From Auanema rhodensis (taxonomy: Eukaryota; Animalia; Nematoda), in contig OZ059894.1 in assembly GCA_964057225.1 (NCBI GenBank), positions 22,072,001-22,136,000 of the forward strand: a DNA stretch of 64,000 nucleotides, in the 5' to 3' direction. The position numbers and the translations under genes were made by a program. The notes below the pieces were generated by a model, which worked only from the letters and a program-made list of their open reading frames with translations, did not search any database and had not been told where the DNA came from. Shown here in pieces: positions 1-13,800 of this stretch. Every line of letters begins with the position of its first letter. The first letter of the stretch is position 1.

Positions 1-29
1 AAATTTTTGTCAAAATGTTTTTGGAAGCA

Positions 30-57
30 ATGTTGAGTGTACATGGAAACTCAACAT
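30..57. repeat. Inverted repeat 1 (every monomer): 9-bp arms, 10-nt spacer
   Basis: ATGTTGAGT (30-38) / ACTCAACAT (49-57). The common T57C variant breaks only the outermost pair. Confidence 0.93.
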
Positions 58-140
58 ACACTAATGCATCATTTTTCAAACGATCATAACTTATTTTTGT
101 ATTAAGCGTTTCTCAATGTAGTATAGTGCATTCGATGCGG

Positions 141-191
141 ATTTTTAAGCTGCGTCGATCTGTGTTATCAGATTTGCGCTAGCTTAAAAAT
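141..191. repeat. Inverted repeat 2 (every monomer): 51-nt imperfect hairpin with perfect 11-bp outer arms
   Basis: ATTTTTAAGCT (141-151) / AGCTTAAAAAT (181-191); inner GCG/CGC (152-154/177-179) and ATCTG/CAGAT (158-162/169-173); loop TGTTAT. Confidence 0.94.
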
Positions 192-208
192 GCACCGAGA
201 TATCAACT

Positions 209-230
209 GATATAAGTTTACACTTATATC
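209..230. repeat. Inverted repeat 3 (every monomer): 9-bp arms, 4-nt loop
   Basis: GATATAAGT (209-217) / ACTTATATC (222-230). The polymorphic site 219 (C/T/G) is in the loop. Confidence 0.93.
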
Positions 231-304
231 CTCGATTTTCACCCTGAAGAATTAATTTTTTCGTTGAATAACATTGTCCATCGTCTTTGCCTTAAAAAAT
301 GGAA

Positions 305-376
305 TCTAAAAACATCTACTTTTTGCTAAATTATTTTGAAATTTTTCGAAAAAATTTTTGTCAAAATGTTTTTGGA
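305..376. repeat. Inverted repeat 4 (every monomer junction): nested dyad centred on TTTTTCGAAAAA
   Basis: 12-bp palindrome at 342-353, flanked by ATTTTGA (333-339) / TCAAAAT (361-367) and TCTAAAAACAT (305-315) / ATGTTTTTGGA (366-376; 10 of 11 match). Confidence 0.88.
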
Positions 377-619
377 AGCAATGTTGAGTGTACATGGAAA
401 CTCAACACACACTAATGCATCATTTTTCAAACGATCATAACTAATTTGTGTATTAAGCGTTTCTCAATGTAGTATAGTGCATTCAATGCGGATTTTTAAG
501 CTGCGTCGATCTGTGTTATCAGATTTGCGCTAGCTTAAAAATGCACCGAGATATCAACTGATATAAGTTCACACTTATATCCTCGATTTTCACCCTGAAG
601 AATTAATTTTTTCGTTGAA

Positions 620-2900
620 TAACATTGTCCATCGTCTTTGCCTTGGAAAAAGGAATCTAAAAACATCTACTTTTTGCTGAATTATTCTGAAATTTTTTGA
701 AAAAATTTTTGTCAAAATGTTTTTGGAAGCAATGTTGAGTGTACATGGAAACTCAACATACACTAATGCATCATTTTTCAAACGATCATAACTAATTTTT
801 GTATTAAGCGTTTCTCAATGTAGTATAGTGCATTCGATGCGGATTTTTAAGCTGCGTCGATCTGTGTTATCAGATTTGCGCTAGCTTAAAAATGCACCGA
901 GATATCAACTGATATAAGTTTACACTTATATCCTCGATTTTCACCCTGAAGAATTAATTTTTTCGTTGAATAACATTGTCCATCGTCTTTGCCTTGAAAA
1001 ATGGAATCTAAAAACATCTACTTTTTGCTAAATTATTCTGAAATTTTTCGAAAAAATTTTTGTCAAAATGTTTTTGGAAGCAATGTTGAGTGTACATGGA
1101 AACTCAACATACACTAATGCATCATTTTTCAAACGATCATAACTAATTTTTGTATCAAACGTTTCTCAATGTAGTATAGTGCATTCGATGCGGATTTTTA
1201 AGCTGCGTCGATCTGTGTTATCAGATTTGCGCTAGCTTAAAAATGCACCGAGATATCAACTGATATAAGTTCACACTTATATCCTCGATTTTCACCCTGA
1301 AGAATTAATTTTTTCGTTGAATAACATTGTCCATCGTCTTCGCCTTGAAAAAAGAAATCTAAAAACATCTACTTTTTCCTAAATTATTTTGAAATTTTTC
1401 GAAAAAATTTTTGTCAAAATGTTTTTGGAAGCAATGTTGAGTGTACATGGAAACTCAACATACACTAATGCATCATTTTTCAAACGATCATAACTAATTT
1501 GTGTATTAAGCGTTTCTCAATGTAGTATAGTGCATTCGATGCGGATTTTTAAGCTGCGTCGATCTGTGTTATCAGATTTGCGCTAGCTTAAAAATGCACC
1601 GAGATATCAACTGATATAAGTTCACACTTATATCCTCGATTTTCACCCTGAAGAATTAATTTTTTCGTTGAATAACATTGTCCATCGTCTTTGCCTTAAA
1701 GAAAGGAATCTAAAAACATATACTTTTTGCTAAATTATTTTGAAATTTTTCGAAAAAATTTTTGTCAAAATGTTTTTGGAAGCAATGTTGAGTGTACATG
1801 GAAACTCAACATACACTAATGCATCATTTTTCAAACGATCATAACTAATTTTTGTATCAAACGTTTCTCAATGTAGTATAGTGCATTCGATGCGGATTTT
1901 TAAGCTGCGTCGATCTGTGTTATCAGATTTGCGCTAGCTTAAAAATGCACCGAGATATCAACTGATATAAGTTCACACTTATATCCTCGATTTTCACCCT
2001 GAAGAATTAATTTTTTCGTTGAATAACATTGTCCATCGTCTTTGCCTTGGAAAAAGGAATCTAAAAACATCTACTTTTTGCTGAATTATTCTGAAATTTT
2101 TTGAAAAAATTTTTGTCAAAATGTTTTTGGAAGCAATGTTGAGTGTACATGGAAACTCAACATACACTAATGCATCATTTTTCAAACGATCATAACTAAT
2201 TTTTGTATTAAGCGTTTCTCAATGTAGTATAGTGCATTCGATGCGGATTTTTAAGCTGCGTCGATCTGTGTTATCAGATTTGCGCTAGCTTAAAAATGCA
2301 CCGAGATATCAACTGATATAAGTTTACACTTATATCCTCGATTTTCACCCTGAAGAATTAATTTTTTCGTTGAATAACATTGTCCATCGTCTTTGCCTTG
2401 AAAAATGGAATCTAAAAACATCTACTTTTTGCTAAATTATTTTGAAATTTTTCGAAAAAATTTTTGTCAAAATGTTTTTGGAAGCAATGTTGAGTGTACA
2501 TGGAAACTCAACATACACTAATGCATCATTTTTCAAACGATCATAACTAATTTTTGTATCAAACGTTTCTCAATGTAGTATAGTGCATTCGATGCGGATT
2601 TTTAAGCTGCGTCGATCTGTGTTATCAGATTTGCGCTAGCTTAAAAATGCACCGAGATATCAACTGATATAAGTTCACACTTATATCCTCGATTTTCACC
2701 CTGAAGAATTAATTTTTTCGTTGAATAACATTGTCCATCGTCTTCGCCTTGAAAAAAGAAATCTAAAAACATCTACTTTTTCCTAAATTATTTTGAAATT
2801 TTTCGAAAAAATTTTTGTCAAAATGTTTTTGGAAGCAATGTTGAGTGTACATGGAAACTCAACATACACTAATGCATCATTTTTCAAACGATCATAACTA
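620..2900. repeat. 4-monomer (1404-bp) period duplication
   Basis: CCTTGGAAAAAGG..TTCTG..TTTTTGAA monomer at ~645 and ~2049; CTTCGCC..AGAAATC..TTTTCCT monomer at ~1341 and ~2745; identical ORF variants at 590 and 1994. Confidence 0.8.
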
Positions 2901-3159
2901 ATTTTTGTATTAAGCGTTTCTCAATGTAGTATAGTGCATTCGATGCGGATTTTTGAGCTGCGTCGATCTGTGTTATCAGATTTGCGCTAGCTTTAAAATG
3001 CACCGAGATATCAACTGATATAAGTTCACACTTATATCCTCGATTTTCACCCTGAAGAATTAATTTTTTCGTTGAATAACATTGTCCATCGTCTTTGCCT
3101 TGAAAAAAGGAATCTAAAAACATTTACTTTTTCCTAAATTATTTTGAAATTTTTCGAAA

Positions 3160-6100
3160 AAATTTTTGTCAAAATGTTTTTGGAAGCAATGTTGAGTGTA
3201 CATGGAAACTCAACATACACTAATGCATCATTTTTCAAACGATCATAACTAATTTTTGTATTAAGCGTTTCTCAATGTAGTATAGTGCATTCGATGCGGA
3301 TTTTTAAGCTGCGTCGATCTGTGTTATCAGATTTGCGCTAGCTTAAAAATGCACCGATATATCAACTGATATAAGTTCACACTTATATCCTCGATTTTCA
3401 CCCTGAAGAATTAATTTTTTCGTTGAATAATATTGTCCATCGTCTTTGCCTTGAAAAATGGAATTTCAAAACATCTACTTTTTGCTGAATTATCTTGAAA
3501 TTTTTCGAAAAAATTTTTGTCAAAATGTTTTTGGAAGCAATGTTGAGTGTACATGGAAACTCAACATACACTAATGCATCATTTTTCAAACGATCATAAC
3601 TAATTTTTGTATTAAGCGTTTCTCAATGTAGTATAGTGCATTCGATGCGGATTTTTAAGCTGCGTCGATCTGTGTTATCAGATTTGCGCTAGCTTAAAAA
3701 TGCACCGAGATATCAACTGATATAAGTTCACACTTATATCCTCGATTTTCACCCTGAAGAATTAATTTTTTCGTTGAATAACATTGTCCATCGTCTTTGC
3801 CTTAAAAAATGGAATCTAAAAACATCTACTTTTTGCTAAATTATTTTGAAATTTTTCGAAAAAATTTTTGTCAAAATGTTTTTGGAAGCAATGTTGAGTG
3901 TACATGGAAACTCAACACACACTAATGCATCATTTTTCAAACGATCATAACTAATTTGTGTATTAAGCGTTTCTCAATGTAGTATAGTGCATTCGATGCG
4001 GATTTTTAAGCTGCGTCGATCTGTGTTATCAGATTTGCGCTAGCTTAAAAATGCACCGAGATATCAACTGATATAAGTTCACACTTATATCCTCGATTTT
4101 CACCCTGAAGAATTAATTTTTTCGTTGAATAACATTGTCCATCGTCTTTGCCTTAAAAAATGGAATCTAAAAACATCTACTTTTTGCTAAATTATTTTGA
4201 AATTTTTCGAAAAAATTTTTGTCAAAATGTTTTTGGAAGCAATGTTGAGTGTACATGGAAACTCAACATACACTAATGCATCATTTTTCAAACGATCATA
4301 ACTAATTTTTGTATTAAGCGTTTCTCAATGTAGTATAGTGCATTCGATGCGGATTTTTAAGCTGCGTCGATCTGTGTTATCAGATTTGCGCTAGCTTAAA
4401 AATGCACCGAGATATCAACTGATATAAGTTCACACTTATATCCTCGATTTTCACCCTGAAGAATTAATTTTTTCGTTGAATAACATTGTCCATCGTCTTT
4501 GCCTTGAAAAAAGGAATCTAGAAACATCTACTTTTTGCTGAATTATTTTGAAATTTTTCGAAAAAATTTTTGTCAAAATGTTTTTGGAAGCAATGTTGAG
4601 TGTACATGGAAACTCAACACACACTAATGCATCATTTTTCAAACGATCATAACTAATTTGTGTATTAAGCGTTTCTCAATGTAGTATAGTGCATTCGATG
4701 CGGATTTTTAAGCTGCGTCGATCTGTGTTATCAGATTTGAGCTAGCTTAAAAATGCACCGAGATATCAACTGATATAAGTTCACACTTATATCCTCGATT
4801 TTCACCCTGAAGAATTAATTTTTTCGTTGAATAACATTGTCCATCGTCTTTGCCTTAAAAAAAGGAATCTAAAAACATCTACTTTTTGCTAAATTATTTT
4901 GAAATTTTTCGAAAAAATTTTTGTCAAAATGTTTTTGGAAGCAATGTTGAGTGTACATGGAAACTCAACACACACTAATGCATCATTTTTCAAACGATCA
5001 TAACTAATTTGTGTATTAAGCGTTTCTCAATGTAGTATAGTGCATTCAATGCGGATTTTTAAGCTGCGTCGATCTGTGTTATCAGATTTGCGCTAGCTTA
5101 AAAATGCACCGAGATATCAACTGATATAAGTTCACACTTATATCCTCGATTTTCACCCTGAAGAATTAATTTTTTCGTTGAATAACATTGTCCATCGTCT
5201 TTGCCTTAAAAAAAGGAATCTAAAAACATCTACTTTTTGCTAAATTATTTTGAAATTTTTCGAAAAAATTTTTGTCAAAATGTTTTTGGAAGCAATGTTG
5301 AGTGTACATGGAAACTCAACATACACTAATGCATCATTTTTCAAACGATCATAACTAATTTTTGTATTAAGCGTTTCTCAATGTAGTATAGTGCATTCGA
5401 TGCGGATTTTTAAGCTGCGTCGATCTGTGTTATCAGATTTGCGCTAGCTTAAAAATGCACCGATATATCAACTGATATAAGTTCACACTTATATCCTCGA
5501 TTTTCACCCTGAAGAATTAATTTTTTCGTTGAATAATATTGTCCATCGTCTTTGCCTTGAAAAATGGAATCTAAAAACATCTACTTTTTGCTGAATTATC
5601 TTGAAATTTTTCGAAAAAATTTTTGTCAAAATGTTTTTGGAAGCAATGTTGAGTGTACATGGAAACTCAACATACACTAATGCATCATTTTTCAAACGAT
5701 CATAACTAATTTTTGTATTAAGCGTTTCTCAATGTAGTATAGTGCATTCGATGCGGATTTTTAAGCTGCGTCGATCTGTGTTATCAGATTTGCGCTAGCT
5801 TAAAAATGCACCGATATATCAACTGATATAAGTTCACACTTATATCCTCGATTTTCACCCTGAAGAATTAATTTTTTCGTTGAATAATATTGTCCATCGT
5901 CTTTGCCTTGAAAAATGGAATCTAAAAACATCTACTTTTTGCTGAATTATCTTGAAATTTTTCGAAAAAATTTTTGTCAAAATGTTTTTGGAAGCAATGT
6001 TGAGTGTACATGGAAACTCAACATACACTAATGCATCATTTTTCAAACGATCATAACTAATTTTTGTATTAAGCGTTTCTCAATGTAGTATAGTGCATTC

Positions 6101-7390
6101 GATGCGGATTTTTAAGCTGCGTCGATCTGTGTTATCAGATTTGCGCTAGCTTAAAAATGCACCGAGATATCAACTGATATAAGTTCACACTTATATCCTC
6201 GATTTTCACCCTGAAGAATTAATTTTTTCGTTGAATAACATTGTCCATCGTCTTTGCCTTAAAAAATGGAATCTAAAAACATCTACTTTTTGCTAAATTA
6301 TTTTGAAATTTTTCGAAAAAATTTTTGTCAAAATGTTTTTGGAAGCAATGTTGAGTGTACATGGAAACTCAACACACACTAATGCATCATTTTTCAAACG
6401 ATCATAACTAATTTGTGTATTAAGCGTTTCTCAATGTAGTATAGTGCATTCGATGCGGATTTTTAAGCTGCGTCGATCTGTGTTATCAGATTTGCGCTAG
6501 CTTAAAAATGCACCGAGATATCAACTGATATAAGTTCACACTTATATCCTCGATTTTCACCCTGAAGAATTAATTTTTTCGTTGAATAACATTGTCCATC
6601 GTCTTTGCCTTAAAAAATGGAATCTAAAAACATCTACTTTTTGCTAAATTATTTTGAAATTTTTCGAAAAAATTTTTGTCAAAATGTTTTTGGAAGCAAT
6701 GTTGAGTGTACATGGAAACTCAACATACACTAATGCATCATTTTTCAAACGATCATAACTAATTTTTGTATTAAGCGTTTCTCAATGTAGTATAGTGCAT
6801 TCGATGCGGATTTTTAAGCTGCGTCGATCTGTGTTATCAGATTTGCGCTAGCTTAAAAATGCACCGAGATATCAACTGATATAAGTTCACACTTATATCC
6901 TCGATTTTCACCCTGAAGAATTAATTTTTTCGTTGAATAACATTGTCCATCGTCTTTGCCTTGAAAAAAGGAATCTAGAAACATCTACTTTTTGCTGAAT
7001 TATTTTGAAATTTTTCGAAAAAATTTTTGTCAAAATGTTTTTGGAAGCAATGTTGAGTGTACATGGAAACTCAACACACACTAATGCATCATTTTTCAAA
7101 CGATCATAACTAATTTGTGTATTAAGCGTTTCTCAGTGTAGTATAGTGCATTCGATGCGGATTTTTAAGCTGCGTCGATCTGTGTTATCAGATTTGCGCT
7201 AGCTTAAAAATGCACCGAGATATCAACTGATATAAGTTCACACTTATATCCTCGATTTTCACCCTGAAGAATTAATTTTTTCGTTGAATAACATTGTCCA
7301 TCGTCTTTGCCTTAAAAAAAGGAATCTAAAAACATCTACTTTTTGCTAAATTATTTTGAAATTTTTCGAAAAAATTTTTGTCAAAATGTT
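3160..7390. repeat. 6-monomer block duplicated, with one extra copy of its first monomer (2106/2457-bp offsets)
   Basis: CGATATATC + AATAATATTG + TATCTTG monomer at ~3358, ~5464 and ~5815; CTAGAAAC at ~4521 and ~6978; ORF pairs 3398/5504/5855 and 4451/6908. Confidence 0.8.
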
Positions 7391-10300
7391 TTTGGAAGCA
7401 ATGTTGAGTGTACATGGAAACTCAACATACACTAATGCATCATTTTTCAAACGATCATAACTAATTTTTGTATCAAACGTTTCTCAATGTAGTATAGTGC
7501 ATTCGATGCGGATTTTTAAGCTGCGTCGATCTGTGTTATCAGATTTGCGCTAGCTTAAAAATGCACCGAGATATCAACTGATATAAGTTTACACTTATAT
7601 CCTCGATTTTCACCCTGAAGAATTAATTTTTTCGTTGAATAACATTGTCCATCGTCTTTGCCTTGAAAAATGGAATCTAAAAACATCTACTTTTTGTTAA
7701 ATTATTTTGAAATTTTTCGAAAAAATTTTTGTCAAAATGTTTTTGGAAGCAATGTTGAGTGTACATGGAAACTCAACACACACTAATGCATCATTTTTCA
7801 AACGATCATAACTAATTTGTGTATTAAGCGTTTCTCAATATAGTATAGTGCATTCGATGCGGATTTTTAAGCTGCGTCGATCTGTGTTATCAGATTTGCG
7901 CTAGCTTAAAAATGCACCGAGATATCAACTGATATAAGTTCACACTTATATCCTCGATTTTCACCCTGAAGAATTAATTTTTTCGTTGAATAACATTGTC
8001 CATCGTCTTTGCCTTAAAAAATGGAATCTAAAAACATCTACTTTTTGCTAAATTATTTTGAAATTTTTCGAAAAAATTTTTGTCAAAATGTTTTTGGAAG
8101 CAATGTTGAGTGTACATGGAAACTCAACACACACTAATGCATCATTTTTCAAACGATCATAACTAATTTGTGTATTAAGCGTTTCTCAATGTAGTATAGT
8201 GCATTCGATGCGGATTTTTAAGCTGCGTCGATCTGTGTTATCAGATTTGCGCTAGCTTAAAAATGCACCGAGATATCAACTGATATAAGTTCACACTTAT
8301 ATCCTCGATTTTCACCCTGAAGAATTAATTTTTTCGTTGAATAACATTGTCCATCGTCTTTGCCTTTAAAAAAGGAATCTAAAAACATCTACTTTTTGCT
8401 AAATTATTTTGAAATTTTTCGAAAAAATTTTTGTCAAAATGTTTTTGGAAGCAATGTTGAGTGTACATGGAAACTCAACATACACTAATGCATCATTTTT
8501 CAAACGATCATAACTAATTTTTGTATCAAACGTTTCTCAATGTAGTATATGGCATTCGATGCGGATTTTTAAGCTGCGTCGATCTGTGTTATCAGATTTG
8601 CGCTAGCTTAAAAATGCACCGAGATATCAACTGATATAAGTTCACACTTATATCCTCGATTTTCACCCTGAAGAATTAATTTTTTCGTTGAATAACATTG
8701 TCCATCGTCTTTGCCTTGAAAAATGGAATCTAAAAACATCTACTTTTTGCTAAATTATTTTGAAATTTTTCGAAAAAATTTTTGTCAAAATGTTTTTGGA
8801 AGCAATGTTGAGTGTACATGGAAACTCAACATACACTAATGCATCATTTTTCAAACGATCATAACTAATTTTTGTATCAAACGTTTTTCAATGTAGTATA
8901 GTGCATTCGATGCGGATTTTTAAGCTGCGTCGATCTGTGTTATCAGATTTGCGCTAGCTTAAAAATGCACCGAGATATCAACTGATATAAGTTCACACTT
9001 ATATCCTCGATTTTCACCCTGAAGAATTAATTTTTTCGTTGAATAACATTGTCCATCGTCTTTGCCTTAAAAAAAGGAATCTAAAAACATCTACTTTTTG
9101 CTGAATTATTTTGAAATTTTTCGAAAAAATTTTTGTCAAAATGTTTTTGGAAGCAATGTTGAGTGTACATGGAAACTCAACATACACTAATGCATCATTT
9201 TTCAAACGATCATAACTAATTTTCGTATTAAGCGTTTCTCAATGTAGTATAGTGCATTCGATGCGGATTTTTAAGCTGCGTCGATCTGTGTTATCAGATT
9301 TGCGCTAGCTTAAAAATGCACCGAGATATCAACTGATATAAGTTCACACTTATATCCTCGATTTTCACCCTGAAGAATTAATTTTTTCGTTGAATAACAT
9401 TGTCCATCGTCTTTGCCTTAAAAAATGGAATCTAAAAACATCTACTTTTTGCTAAATTATTTTGAAATTTTTCGAAAAAATTTTTGTCAAAATGTTTTTG
9501 GAAGCAATGTTGAGTGTACATGGAAACTCAACACACACTAATGCATCATTTTTCAAACGATCATAACTAATTTGTGTATTAAGCGTTTCTCAATGTAGTA
9601 TAGTGCATTCGATGCGGATTTTTAAGCTGCGTCGATCTGTGTTATCAGATTTGCGCTAGCTTAAAAATGCACCGAGATATCAACTGATATAAGTTTACAC
9701 TTATATCCTCGATTTTCACCCTGAAGAATTAATTTTTTCGTTGAATAACATTGTCCATCGTCTTTGCCTTGAAAAATGGAATCTAAAAACATCTACTTTT
9801 TGCTAAATTATTTTGAAATTTTTCGAAAAAATTTTTGTCAAAATGTTTTTGGAAGCAATGTTGAGTGTACATGGAAACTCAACACACACTAATGCATCAT
9901 TTTTCAAACGATCATAACTAATTTGTGTATTAAGCGTTTCTCAATGTAGTATAGTGCATTCGATGCGGATTTTTAAGCTGCGTCGATCTGTGTTATCAGA
10001 TTTGCGCTAGCTTAAAAATGCACCGAGATATCAACTGATATAAGTTCACACTTATATCCTCGATTTTCACCCTGAAGAATTAATTTTTTCGTTGAATAAC
10101 ATTGTCCATCGTCTTTGCCTTAAAAAAAGGAATCTAAAAACATCTACTTTTTGCTAAATTATTTTGAAATTTTTCGAAAAAATTTTTGTCAAAATGTTTT
10201 TGGAAGCAATGTTGAGTGTACATGGAAACTCAACATACACTAATGCATCATTTTTCAAACGATCATAACTAATTTTTGTATCAAACGTTTCTCAATGTAG

Positions 10301-10881
10301 TATAGTGCATTCGATGCGGATTTTTAAGCTGCGTCGATCTGTGTTATCAGATTTGCGCTAGCTTAAAAATGCACCGAGATATCAACTGATATAAGTTCAC
10401 ACTTATATCCTCGATTTTCACCCTGAAGAATTAATTTTTTCGTTGAATAACATTGTCCATCGTCTTTGCCTTAAAAAAAAGAATCTAAAAACATCTACTT
10501 TTTGCTAAATTATTTTGAAATTTTTCGAAAAAATTTTTGTCAAAATGTTTTTGGAAGCAATGTTGAGTGTACATGGAAACTCAACATACACTAATGCATC
10601 ATTTTTCAAACGATCATAACTAATTTTTGTATCAAACGTTTCTCAATGTAGTATAGTGCATTCGATGCGGATTTTTAAGCTGCGTCGATCTGTGTTATCA
10701 GATTTGCGCTAGCTTAAAAATGCACCGAGATATCAACTGATATAAGTTCACACTTATATCCTCGATTTTCACCCTGAAGAATTAATTTTTTCGTTGAATA
10801 ACATTGTCCATCGTCTTTGCCTTGGAAAAAGGAATCTAAAAACATCTACTTTTTGCTGAATTATTCTGAAATTTTTCGAAA

Positions 10882-13800
10882 AAATTTTTGTCAAAATGTT
10901 TTTGGAAGCAATGTTGAGTGTACATGGAAACTCAACATACACTAATGCATCATTTTTCAAACGATCATAACTAATTTTTGTATCAAACGTTTTTCAATGT
11001 AGTATAGTGCATTCGATGCGGATTTTTAAGCTGCGTCGATCTGTGTTATCAGATTTGCGCTAGCTTAAAAATGCACCGAGATATCAACTGATATAAGTTC
11101 ACACTTATATCCTCGATTTTCACCCTGAAGAATTAATTTTTTCGTTGAATAACATTGTCCATCGTCTTTGCCTTGAAAAAAGGAATCTAGAAACATCTAC
11201 TTTTTGCTGAATTATTTTGAAATTTTTCGAAAAAATTTTTGTCAAAATGTTTTTGGAAGCAATGTTGAGTGTACATGGAAACTCAACACACACTAATGCA
11301 TCATTTTTCAAACGATCATAACTAATTTGTGTATTAAGCGTTTCTCAATGTAGTATAGTGCATTCGATGCGGATTTTTAAGCTGCGTCGATCTGTGTTAT
11401 CAGATTTGCGCTAGCTTAAAAATGCACCGAGATATCAACTGATATAAGTTTACACTTATATCCTCGATTTTCACCCTGAAGAATTAATTTTTTCGTTGAA
11501 TAACATTGTCCATCGTCTTTGCCTTGAAAAATGGAATCTAAAAACATCTACTTTTTGCTAAATTATTTTGAAATTTTTCGAAAAAATTTTTGTCAAAATG
11601 TTTTTGGAAGCAATGTTGAGTGTACATGGAAACTCAACACACACTAATGCATCATTTTTCAAACGATCATAACTAATTTGTGTATTAAGCGTTTCTCAAT
11701 GTAGTATAGTGCATTCGATGCGGATTTTTAAGCTGCGTCGATCTGTGTTATCAGATTTGCGCTAGCTTAAAAATGCACCGAGATATCAACTGATATAAGT
11801 TCACACTTATATCCTCGATTTTCACCCTGAAGAATTAATTTTTTCGTTGAATAACATTGTCCATCGTCTTTGCCTTAAAAAAAGGAATCTAAAAACATCT
11901 ACTTTTTGCTAAATTATTTCGAAATTTTTCGAAAAAATTTTTGTCAAAATGTTTTTGGAAGCAATGTTGAGTGTACATGGAAACTCAACATACACTAATG
12001 CATCATTTTTCAAACGATCATAACTAATTTTTGTATCAAACGTTTCTCAATGTAGTATAGTGCATTCGATGCGGATTTTTAAGCTGCGTCGATCTGTGTT
12101 ATCAGATTTGCGCTAGCTTAAAAATGCACCGAGATATCAACTGATATAAGTTCACACTTATATCCTCGATTTTCACCCTGAAGAATTAATTTTTTCGTTG
12201 AATAACATTGTCCATCGTCTTTGCCTTGGAAAAAGGAATCTAAAAACATCTACTTTTTGCTGAATTATTCTGAAATTTTTCGAAAAAATTTTTGTCAAAA
12301 TGTTTTTGGAAGCAATGTTGAGTGTACATGGAAACTCAACATACACTAATGCATCATTTTTCAAACGATCATAACTAATTTTTGTATCAAACGTTTCTCA
12401 ATGTAGTATAGTGCATTCGATGCGGATTTTTAAGCTGCGTCGATCTGTGTTATCAGATTTGCGCTAGCTTAAAAATGCACCGAGATATCAACTGATATAA
12501 GTTTACACTTATATCCTCGATTTTCACCCTGAAGAATTAATTTTTTCGTTGAATAACATTGTTCATCGTCTTTGCCTTGAAAAATGGAATCTAGAAACAT
12601 CTACTTTTTGCTGAATTATTTTGAAATTTTTCGAAAAAATTTTTGTCAAAATGTTTTTGGAAGCAATGTTGAGTGTACATGGAAACTCAACATACACTAA
12701 TGCATCATTTTTCAAACGATCATAACTAATTTTTGTATCAAACGTTTTTCAATGTAGTATAGTGCATTCGATGCGGATTTTTAAGCTGCGTCGATCTGTG
12801 TTATCAGATTTGCGCTAGCTTAAAAATGCACCGAGATATCAACTGATATAAGTTCACACTTATATCCTCGATTTTCACCCTGAAGAATTAATTTTTTCGT
12901 TGAATAACATTGTCCATCGTCTTTGCCTTGAAAAAAGGAATCTAGAAACATCTACTTTTTGCTGAATTATTTTGAAATTTTTCGAAAAAATTTTTGTCAA
13001 AATGTTTTTGGAAGCAATGTTGAGTGTACATGGAAACTCAACACACACTAATGCATCATTTTTCAAACGATCATAACTAATTTGTGTATTAAGCGTTTCT
13101 CAATGTAGTATAGTGCATTCGATGCGGATTTTTAAGCTGCGTCGATCTGTGTTATCAGATTTGCGCTAGCTTAAAAATGCACCGAGATATCAACTGATAT
13201 AAGTTTACACTTATATCCTCGATTTTCACCCTGAAGAATTAATTTTTTCGTTGAATAACATTGTCCATCGTCTTTGCCTTGAAAAATGGAATCTAAAAAC
13301 ATCTACTTTTTGCTAAATTATTTTGAAATTTTTCGAAAAAATTTTTGTCAAAATGTTTTTGGAAGCAATGTTGAGTGTACATGGAAACTCAACACACACT
13401 AATGCATCATTTTTCAAACGATCATAACTAATTTGTGTATTAAGCGTTTCTCAATGTAGTATAGTGCATTCGATGCGGATTTTTAAGCTGCGTCGATCTG
13501 TGTTATCAGATTTGCGCTAGCTTAAAAATGCACCGAGATATCAACTGATATAAGTTCACACTTATATCCTCGATTTTCACCCTGAAGAATTAATTTTTTC
13601 GTTGAATAACATTGTCCATCGTCTTTGCCTTAAAAAAAGGAATCTAAAAACATCTACTTTTTGCTAAATTATTTCGAAATTTTTCGAAAAAATTTTTGTC
13701 AAAATGTTTTTGGAAGCAATGTTGAGTGTACATGGAAACTCAACATACACTAATGCATCATTTTTCAAACGATCATAACTAATTTTTGTATCAAACGTTT

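Larger units (their letters stand above)
1..351. repeat. Reference monomer (arbitrary phase)
   Basis: Hand count: 52 G + 56 C of 351 (30.8% GC), 12 CpG, many A4-7/T4-7 tracts. Confidence 0.97.

Noticed and set aside
259-275. CENP-B box-like TTTCGTTGAATAACATT
   Set aside because: It matches the TTCG....A half but lacks the essential CGGG of the NTTCGNNNNANNCGGGN core.
1-351. Tandem 5S rRNA, tRNA, snRNA or spliced-leader gene cluster
   Set aside because: The unit size is compatible, but I recognise no 5S, tRNA cloverleaf, A/B box or SL sequence, and GC is low. An Infernal/Rfam scan would be the definitive test.
2884-3123. 79-aa minus-strand ORF
   Set aside because: Singleton produced by private substitutions in one monomer; no coding evidence.
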